Shown piece after piece: positions 1 to 5,467 of a DNA stretch of 5,467 nt. Made by a program: the position numbers and the translations under genes. Position 1 is the stretch's first letter. Each line of letters begins with the position of its first letter. The stretch comes from Candidatus Heimdallarchaeota archaeon B3_Heim. Its GTDB lineage: Archaea > Asgardarchaeota > Heimdallarchaeia > Hodarchaeales > Hodarchaeaceae. The DNA lies in assembly GCA_003144275.1 (NCBI GenBank), contig NJBF01000102.1, forward strand, positions 1 through 5,467, in the 5' to 3' direction. Below the pieces are notes generated by a model that ran no database searches, had not been told where the DNA came from, and saw nothing but the letters and a program-made list of their open reading frames with translations.

Positions 1-9
1 CCAGATCCC

Positions 10-126
10 CAAGTAGTCCCAATGGAAAGCACTCCTTCTCTGGTTGCTCCCCTGCCGGATAGCGGATGTGTGACTCATCCTGTCCAGAACTAGTTTTTAA
101 CTAGTTGTCTGACAAATTTAGTCATG
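10..126 (-). repeat. Copy 1 of a duplicated ~117-bp structured non-coding element (candidate ncRNA, cis-regulatory RNA or small mobile element); may extend past the left window edge
   Basis: Hand alignment to 2763-2878 gives 104/117 identical columns (12 substitutions, 1 indel). Stems on + coordinates: GGATG 64-68/CATCC 76-80; AACTAGTT 88-95/99-106; AGCA 28-31/TGCT 45-48; TGAC 110-113/GTCA 121-124. GC is about 46% (54/117), higher than the AT-rich flanks. The repeat is certain; strand and function are inferred. Confidence 0.9.
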
Positions 127-168
127 AGAGGGATAGGAAACGGTTTATTGAAGAAATTCAACGAGAAT

Positions 169-1284
169 TCATACTAAAATAGTATTCTCTAAAAAGGCTT
201 CTAACTGGGAAAGCGCCTCAGGCATGTTTTTCCGGCCAAATCCTAGTCTAAAATGATTGTCTCCATACAGAAAGGCACTGCTGGGTAAAAGTAATACACC
301 AGCTTTCTCAATACTATGGGTACAAAATTTTTCTGATGAAGAGTCGTTTGTTAACTTGGGAAACGCAATAGGCCCAGCTTGGGGTCTTACCCACTCTATG
401 AAGGGAGTTTTCTCGAAAAATGGATCTAACAATTTCAAATTTGATAGGATAAATGAAAGGTTTCTTTCAACTAATTTTTGATAATTTTCGAGAGCTAATG
501 TAGCTAAATATTCGCTTACTATACTGTTACAAATGGTTGTATAATCTTTGAAACTAGCAAGCTTGTTAAGAAGATTCTGATCTTTAGTTGCTGTCCAACC
601 AATCCGAAGCCCCGCTAATCCAAACGATTTTGACATAACACCTAAAGATATGGCTTTATCATACAGATCACATGCGGGTTGCAAACGTTTAGATGGATTA
701 TATTCTAGCAAACGGTATACTTCATCGGATAGAAGATAGAGGTTATTATCTTGGGCAATTTCAATGATAGCCTCATATTTCTTCTGTGATATCAATGATC
801 CAGTCGGATTATGAGGAAAATTAATTACAATAGCTTTCGTCTTTGCATTAATATTATTTATCAGAATATCGAGATCTAAATTCCAATTATCGGAGTCCAT
901 TAGCCATTTTGTTACCTTACATCCAACAGCTTCCGCAATTTCAAATAACGATTGGTATGCGGGAAACTGCACAATTATATGGTCTCCAGGACTTAACACG
1001 ACATTCATAAAGGCAAAAATTCCCTCTTCTGCCCCTGCAAACGCCAAAATATCCTGTTTAGAGATATTCGTATAGAGTGTGGCAATCGCATCTCTCAATT
1101 CAGGGCTACCTTGAGAGTCAGTGTAACCTAACCTTAAATTCCTGAACTTCTTCTCTGCACCCTCTTCTAATTGTAAAATCTCTTCAATAGAAAAAGACTC
1201 ACAATCCGAGGCACAAAATAAATATGGGATTTCAAATTCATATCGAGCAAAATAGCGTTCCAGAAGAAAATCATTGAGTTTCAT
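169..1284 (-). CDS. PLP-dependent aminotransferase, class I/II (aspartate aminotransferase fold; resembles the group often annotated capreomycidine synthase-like)
   Basis: 371-aa ORF with the motifs GYTDSQGSPELR, INFPHNPTG, LSDEVY and the PLP-lysine motif SKSFGLAGLRIGW, plus C-terminal FRLGFG. A GAGGTG RBS (1296-1301 on -) lies upstream. Confidence 0.95.
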   Translation of the reverse strand: MKLNDFLLERYFARYEFEIPYLFCASDCESFSIEEILQLEEGAEKKFRNLRLGYTDSQGSPELRDAIATLYTNISKQDILAFAGAEEGIFAFMNVVLSPGDHIIVQFPAYQSLFEIAEAVGCKVTKWLMDSDNWNLDLDILINNINAKTKAIVINFPHNPTGSLISQKKYEAIIEIAQDNNLYLLSDEVYRLLEYNPSKRLQPACDLYDKAISLGVMSKSFGLAGLRIGWTATKDQNLLNKLASFKDYTTICNSIVSEYLATLALENYQKLVERNLSFILSNLKLLDPFFEKTPFIEWVRPQAGPIAFPKLTNDSSSEKFCTHSIEKAGVLLLPSSAFLYGDNHFRLGFGRKNMPEALSQLEAFLENTILV

Positions 1285-1349
1285 AAGAACTAATACACCT
1301 CAAGGTGGGGATATGCATGATCTTTGATAGATTCACATTCCATCAATAA

Positions 1350-1604
1350 TTATTCGGGATTTTTGGAAGCGGGAGGAAAATACTGGGATTGTACGTCCTG
1401 AAGAACATCAATAAGTTCCTGTAGATCATTTGGGCCTAATTGAAGACTCATGGCTGGACCAAGCTTTGTAGAATAGGACCGGCCATTTATTACTGAAAAA
1501 CCCAAGTTTTTAAATTGATCCTTCTGGGTAACCGAAACTACCATCTTACTATCGAATCGACCGTTAATCCATTTATCAAATAATTTATCAGAGAATTGGG
1601 ACAT
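1350..1604 (-). CDS. Hypothetical protein, 84 aa (possible beta-sheet plus helix PC4/Whirly-like fold)
   Basis: ORF with GGTGTG just upstream of the ATG, co-oriented 65 nt upstream of the aminotransferase. The fold is only a guess from the residue pattern. Confidence 0.7.
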   Translation of the reverse strand: MSQFSDKLFDKWINGRFDSKMVVSVTQKDQFKNLGFSVINGRSYSTKLGPAMSLQLGPNDLQELIDVLQDVQSQYFPPASKNPE

Positions 1605-1787
1605 TTTTCACACCGTCTATTAAGGAAGTTAACAAAATTTCTTGAATTTTTCCTTTTCCAAAATGTAAGGCAATTTCAGCAATCAATCAGAATCAAGCTC
1701 CGCTTTTGGAAATCTTCTCGCGTTTAATATCACATCAAAGGAAGAGGTTGATAGAGAAGAAAGAATACCAAAAAAACCAAAATTTGT

Positions 1788-1821
1788 AAAAAAAGAATAG
1801 GTAAGAATAATATTCCTTACC
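1788..1821 (-). terminator. Hairpin plus U-tract downstream of the DUF998-like gene
   Basis: On the - strand, GGTAAG(G)AAT-ATT-ATTCTTACC (1800-1821) is followed by TATTCTTTTTTT, about 30 nt after the stop codon at 1854. Confidence 0.6.
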
Positions 1822-1853
1822 TTCTAATAATACATTTCAGTCCTTTAAGAGAA

Positions 1854-2525
1854 TCATTGGCTAGGATTCTTATAAAAATAGATTCCTTTGAGTAGTAACC
1901 ATAAAATAAATACACTGAACGCAGACCATTCAGTTAAATACGTTATGGTGTTATAATCGAATACGCTTGTGTATGTACCGAGGAATAAAAACAAAGCGAA
2001 TAGTAAACTTAATACTGCAGCTCCTGAAGCAAGGATGGGGGAATATTTTGGAATGGAGGGCTGAGTATTTTCAAGATACGCAAAAAGAATCATAGTTATA
2101 CCAAGGAAAAGGAAGATCAGTTGACCAAAGATCAAATGTGTGTCGTAAGCAGATTTTTTATTAGCATCAAGAGGGAAAAATGCTGTTAGAATTTGACTAA
2201 GGGCAGAAAGAACAGAAGTTCCGAAGGCTATCCACGTTAGGTTAGGGTTCGTGCCCTGCTTTTGCAATGAGCGGGTTAAATATAAATAGAAGGGTATAAT
2301 TACAATGGGCATAATAACCATGAATAGAAAAAAGATTATATCAGAACAATTGGGACCTACGCTCATATCACTTACAAAATTAGATAAAGGACTATAACTA
2401 GGATCAACCATGACATATAAAAAGAAAGCAAGCATTGATCCCCCGAATCCAACTATTACTGTCAAAAAAGCAAAATAATAACCATTTATTTTGTCAAAGA
2501 ATTTATCAATTTGTTCCATGATCAT
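1854..2525 (-). CDS. DUF998-family-like multi-pass membrane protein
   Basis: 223 aa with about 6 hydrophobic segments. YSPLSNFVSDMSVG follows TM1 (the YS..xx.ISDLG-type pattern of DUF998), followed by a G.FP-like FFP and a His before TM4 (THLIFG). Confidence 0.75.
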   Translation of the reverse strand: MIMEQIDKFFDKINGYYFAFLTVIVGFGGSMLAFFLYVMVDPSYSPLSNFVSDMSVGPNCSDIIFFLFMVIMPIVIIPFYLYLTRSLQKQGTNPNLTWIAFGTSVLSALSQILTAFFPLDANKKSAYDTHLIFGQLIFLFLGITMILFAYLENTQPSIPKYSPILASGAAVLSLLFALFLFLGTYTSVFDYNTITYLTEWSAFSVFILWLLLKGIYFYKNPSQ

Positions 2526-2527
2526 TT

Positions 2528-2538
2528 TTGTCTGACAA
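2528..2538. promoter_or_regulatory. Palindrome TTGTC-T-GACAA, candidate transcription-factor operator, 2 nt upstream of the DUF998-like ATG
   Basis: Perfect 5-1-5 inverted repeat. The identical 11-mer occurs at 105-115 and 2857-2867 inside the repeated element. Confidence 0.5.
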
Positions 2539-2627
2539 TTCCATAGTTCTCATATTCGCTGACCTCTCTCTCCCTTACAAACTTAAAAGGCGTCCCTCCT
2601 GTACTTCATCAACGCCGAGGTGATGAC

Positions 2628-2878
2628 AAAAAAATTTACTTAGCTCCTAGGTCATATTCCCTTGTAACTTCGTTAGACGAGTTACCCGTCAAAGGCAAGA
2701 GAAGAATGACCCAGACTGGTCAAAAAGTATTGGTGTCTGGGATGTCGCCAGAAGATCTGATGCAAGTAGTCCCAATGGAAAGCAACAATTCTCTTGTTGC
2801 TAACCTGCCGGATAGTGGATGTGTGACTCATCCGTTCCAGAACTATTTTTCAATAGTTGTCTGACAAATTTAGTCATG
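2628..2878 (-). ncRNA. Candidate ~250-nt structured RNA (repeat copy 2 plus a 3' structured extension ending at a U7 tract)
   Basis: Contiguous stems: repeat element 2763-2878; CCCAGAC 2710-2716/GTCTGGG 2735-2741; GGTCAT 2650-2655/ATGACC 2706-2711; TTCCCTTG 2657-2664/CAAGAGAA 2696-2703 (U-G on -, C.A mismatch on +); GTAAC..GTTAC 2664-2685. U7 tract on - at 2628-2634. There is no expression evidence. Confidence 0.45.
2763..2878 (-). repeat. Copy 2 of the duplicated structured element
   Basis: Same orientation as 10-126. Perfect hairpins: AGCAACAA-TTCTC-TTGTTGCT (2781-2801), GGATG-TGTGACT-CATCC (2817-2833) and AACTATT-TTTC-AATAGTT (2841-2858, GAAA loop on -). Confidence 0.9.
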
Positions 2879-3018
2879 GAAACAACAATGATAAGAAGAA
2901 ATTTTGGCAGGATCCATAGGTCCAAGGGAATCAAATAGAATGCTACGACGACGAGGACAAGTTGATGGAGTATATATGTGTTTGAAAAATATCTTAGAAA
3001 CGTCTTCAAAGAAGACAC
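2878..3018 (-). pseudogene. Remnant of the C-terminal part of an acyltransferase-3 (OpgC/MdoC-like) membrane protein
   Basis: LRYFSNTYILHQLVLVVVAFYLIPLDLWILPKFLLIIVVS resembles the (Y)xxYILHQxxxxxxxxY...xKF C-terminal pattern of acyltransferase-3 proteins as I recall it. The N-terminal bulk of such a protein is absent, and the frame runs straight into the repeat element. Confidence 0.45.
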
Positions 3019-3069
3019 TTGACATTATTTCTTCCGAAACTATGAATTTATGGTAGTCTCCCAAATACG

Positions 3070-3114
3070 TTTATATAGAGAAAAGCGAATGTACATACTA
3101 TCAAAAATATAAAA
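3070..3114 (+). promoter_or_regulatory. Archaeal TATA-like boxes upstream of the 53-aa/nucleotidyltransferase pair
   Basis: TTTATATA at 3070-3077 and TATAAAA at 3108-3114. The latter is about 35-40 nt before the ATG at 3149. Confidence 0.4.
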
Positions 3115-3148
3115 TATGGGCATTGAATGCTCAGAGTAGTCAAATTAT

Positions 3149-3310
3149 ATGGAGTTAAAGGCAATATTTTCATTCAAAAAAGATCGCCTAAGAGATTTAA
3201 GACAAGAAGGAGAAACTGCAAGAAAAATTTCTCCAGAACGAAGATTGAAAATTGTGTTTGAATTTCTTGAGTTTACAGAAGATTTACATAGAGCAGGGAA
3301 CAAAAAATAG
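3149..3310 (+). CDS. Small 53-aa protein, putative partner (antitoxin-like) of the downstream nucleotidyltransferase; absent from the ORF track
   Basis: ATG 3149 to TAG 3310 translates as MELKAIFSFKKDRLRDLRQEGETARKISPERRLKIVFEFLEFTEDLHRAGNKK. It is helical and charged with an ISPERRL motif, and ends 12 nt before the NTase start. Confidence 0.75.
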   Translation: MELKAIFSFKKDRLRDLRQEGETARKISPERRLKIVFEFLEFTEDLHRAGNKK

Positions 3311-3322
3311 GAATTTATATCG

Positions 3323-3895
3323 TTGAAAATCGAAACAATACTTCTGAAAATATCCAACTATTTTGAAGATAATGAAATCCCTTACGCTATCATTGGGGGG
3401 TTTTCAGCAATAGTGTGGGGACGTGGAAGATCAACTTATGATATTGATATAATTATTGACCATAAAAAGCTGAAAATCGCGGATTTTGTTGAATTTGTTG
3501 TCGAACAGGGTATGAAAACAAGTGAATACGAGTTGCAAGAAGCTTTCAAGGAGTTTTCGCATGCAACAATTCTCACAATGGATCCACCTTTTTATAGAGT
3601 CGATTTAAGAGGTATTTATTCCAGTTTAGACCGAGAAACAATTGAAAAAGCAGAAAAAGTCAAATTCAAAGATCAAAACATAAGTTTTGCATCGCCAGAA
3701 ACACTCATTGCCCACAAGCTACACTTTGGATCAGATAGAGATCTGGAAGATGCATTAGTTGTCTTTATTGCTCAAAGAGATGAAATGGATTTAGATTATC
3801 TGGTTTTGTTGAGCAATAAGCTAGGTGTAGGAAAAAAGCTTGAACGACTGATAGAAATTTCTCAGGAAGATAACGAATTACACTCCAAAGAGTGA
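3323..3895 (+). CDS. Pol-beta-superfamily nucleotidyltransferase, DUF6036 / AbiEii-AbiGii-like putative toxin
   Basis: TTG start, 190 aa. N-terminal YAIIGGFSAIVWGRGRSTYDIDIII carries the GG...RxTxDxD motif. VDL supplies a possible third acidic residue, and C-terminal LIAHKLHFGSDRDLEDA matches the K...RxxDxxD-type helix. Confidence 0.85.
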   Translation: MKIETILLKISNYFEDNEIPYAIIGGFSAIVWGRGRSTYDIDIIIDHKKLKIADFVEFVVEQGMKTSEYELQEAFKEFSHATILTMDPPFYRVDLRGIYSSLDRETIEKAEKVKFKDQNISFASPETLIAHKLHFGSDRDLEDALVVFIAQRDEMDLDYLVLLSNKLGVGKKLERLIEISQEDNELHSKE

Positions 3896-4695
3896 AACCT
3901 AACTAATTGCGAACGTCGCCTAACATATATTTTGCGACGGAGTATTAAGGATTTTAGTAAACTATTTTAGAGGAGAAACCTTTTTCGCAGCTGTATCAGG
4001 CCCTTCTACCCACATTTACAGTGTGACGGCAATCTCTCTCACTAAGTGTACATGAACCCATCCAAACGGTGTTGTTGGAAGTCCTGTACAATCAAATTCG
4101 CTATTAACAATAAATGTCATTTGAGAGATGTATGACTATGCTCAATTGATTCACTGATTTTTGCTAGACTTTTGCTTGCATAATAAATCATATAATTTTC
4201 AAACGTGGTCTAGAACGTCTTTGATTTCAGTTGTTCATTTTTTTATAACAGATGTGCAATAACCAACGTTCTGTGCCATGTAGGGTCAGGGAAAAAATAA
4301 AAAGTAGAAGAGCTTATCTTTAGTTAACCAACATTAATCAATTTCTTTTCTGCTCCCGTTTTGAATATATTCTTGTAGTTCAAGAAGTATTCCCCAGCCA
4401 TCTTTCCAAGACTAATTCATTGACATATCCAACGATAAACTTACTAATCCTTAATATGATAATTTTATTGTAGAGATTTATCTACATCATTCGTCTTTCA
4501 AAATCTCTTCATTCTTAGGATTTACAAGCAAGACATAATTTTAATTTCTAGATTACGAATAAGAAGAAGTATTGATTAAAATTAAATTAAGAAAACAGAA
4601 TGTTCATGTTCTAAACCTTTGAGAAGATATAAAAAGAATTTGAATCTAGAACTATCATTGAATTGATCTTGCGTTTTCTCCTAACATTTCAAACT

Positions 4696-4995
4696 TTAAT
4701 CTATCTCTAAAACTTTCAGTGCATCTTGTACTCCCATACATGGTTCTATTTTCCAGACATATCCGTCAATGTCTGTAAACTCACTCTGTAATTTTGAAAT
4801 AAAGATTAATGCCTCATCTGCTTTATCTTTTTCAACCATGATAAGATTATAAACTTTCATCCCATTATTTCCATCTGCAGTGCCAAATATTTGCCATTTT
4901 TTAATATAATCTGGTAACTGAGGAGTGCTAATGGTCTTCTTTACAACATCTTTTGTTTTGGGATATGGATACCATGCTGTTAACATAAAAATCAT
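4696..4995 (-). CDS. Hypothetical 99-aa protein, probable ferredoxin-like alpha/beta fold (DUF3303-like)
   Basis: ORF with alternating strand/helix pattern (MLTAWYP..., KVYNLIMVE, GYVWKIEP, VQDAL). A GGTGA RBS lies at 5003-5007 on -. The family call is from recollection of similar small archaeal proteins. Confidence 0.8.
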   Translation of the reverse strand: MIFMLTAWYPYPKTKDVVKKTISTPQLPDYIKKWQIFGTADGNNGMKVYNLIMVEKDKADEALIFISKLQSEFTDIDGYVWKIEPCMGVQDALKVLEID

Positions 4996-5063
4996 ACTTT
5001 TTCACCTTTGTTGACAAATTGGACTATTATTGGATTTCACAGTAAGAAAAAGGTACTCATCTA

Positions 5064-5076
5064 GGATATAAATTTT
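5064..5076 (-). promoter_or_regulatory. TATA-like box for the 99-aa gene
   Basis: AAAATTTATATCC on -, about 75 nt upstream of the ATG at 4995. Confidence 0.4.
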
Positions 5077-5419
5077 AGCTTTTTGAGGACAGAAGGTATC
5101 TAAAAGATTTTACTTTGAAAGAGGATCTTTGAGAAAAATAAGGATGTACGATCAGGTATCGAAAAGGCGGATATAAATTAACCAAGGTTATGCATCATCT
5201 TATGTATTAAAATACGTATTTTTATTAACATAGCCAACATTAAACGACATTTCTGGCTTAATATAACTTTCTTTAATTGGGAGACTAGAAAATGACTTAA
5301 TTCCACTTACCAATCAAAGATTTTGCGATATTCTTTTTTTGAGATTTCGTCTAAATTGTTGAACACCACCATTAACCTTTAAAAAGAAAACTAAGAAATC
5401 TTAACCTTAGAAATCATCA

Positions 5420-5467
5420 ATGGCCATAGCTGAAATAACAAACGATAAGGAATATGCCATGATTGAC
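5420..5467 (+). CDS. 5' end of a CDS truncated by the window edge (MAIAEITNDKEYAMID...)
   Basis: ATG at 5420 is open to the end of the window and follows an AT-rich intergenic region. It is too short to assign a product. Confidence 0.55.
   Translation, partial: MAIAEITNDKEYAMID

Noticed and set aside
40-62. SRP RNA helix-8-like string CCGGCAGGGGAGCAACC on -
   Set aside because: The upstream CAGG strand is missing, and copy 2 changes GGGAGCA to GTTAGCA.
23-87. tRNA-like cloverleaf on + (5-bp stem with a 7-nt TGTGACT loop, followed by TCCA)
   Set aside because: There is no TTC T-loop, no canonical D or anticodon arms, and only about 5/7 acceptor pairs, so it is not a tRNA gene.
10-90. HDV-like ribozyme resemblance on - (CCGGCAGG..GCAAC..TGGGAC)
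   Set aside because: I could not build P3/L3 or a 7-bp P1, and J4/2 (UUCCAU) does not fit the canonical pattern.
91-125. Conserved leader peptide MTKFVRQL starting at the element boundary
   Set aside because: The 1-nt indel shifts the frame: copy 1 stops after 11 aa, while copy 2 gives 25 aa. The changes preserve the hairpin rather than the peptide. A uORF role is not fully excluded.
257-481. 74-aa + strand ORF
   Set aside because: It lies antisense inside the aminotransferase and has no recognisable motif, so it is a shadow ORF.
2599-2627. C/D-box or fluoride-riboswitch-like TGATGA words
   Set aside because: There is no matching CTGA D box at a suitable distance and no GGNGATGG 5' segment of the fluoride aptamer.
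2756-2782. Hammerhead-like CTGATG...GAAA on +
   Set aside because: It is CTGATGC rather than CTGATGA, lacks a proper stem II, and is not conserved in copy 1.
2710-2810. Cobalamin-riboswitch-like words (CTGGGATG, GCCAGAAGATCTG, CCTGCC) on +
   Set aside because: The GGGAA and GCCCCCGCAACTGT core elements are absent, and the orientation is opposite to the adjacent gene.
10-2878. Repeats as CRISPR repeats, or as IS/MITE ends bracketing a composite transposon
   Set aside because: There are only two long copies 2.75 kb apart, with no spacers, terminal inverted repeats, target-site duplication or transposase in the window. A composite unit cannot be supported from this sequence.
2870-3064. 64-aa - strand ORF
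   Set aside because: It is an alternative frame over the acyltransferase-like remnant with no family features.
3145-3357. 70-aa - strand ORF
   Set aside because: It is the antisense shadow of the 53-aa ORF and the NTase start on +.

Overview
AT-rich window, probably archaeal. GAGGTG/GGTGA ribosome-binding sites, TATA-like boxes and the style of the hypothetical proteins suggest an Asgard-type genome, but this is inference only. Minus-strand genes: a class I/II PLP aminotransferase, an 84-aa hypothetical, a DUF998-like membrane protein and a 99-aa hypothetical. Plus-strand genes: a two-gene module made of a 53-aa ORF missed by the ORF track and a DUF6036/AbiEii-like nucleotidyltransferase, plus the start of a gene running off the right edge. 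The main unexplained signal is a ~117-bp non-coding element present twice (10-126 and 2763-2878; 104/117 aligned columns identical by hand count). It folds into several hairpins, shows one structure-preserving change between copies, and has a possible pseudoknot or switch. G-U pairs and a GAAA tetraloop favour the minus strand as sense. I could not assign it to any RNA family I know. The second copy continues into ~200 nt of further structure with a U-tract and abuts a truncated acyltransferase-like gene remnant. The palindrome TTGTCTGACAA occurs in both copies and a third time just before the DUF998 start codon.
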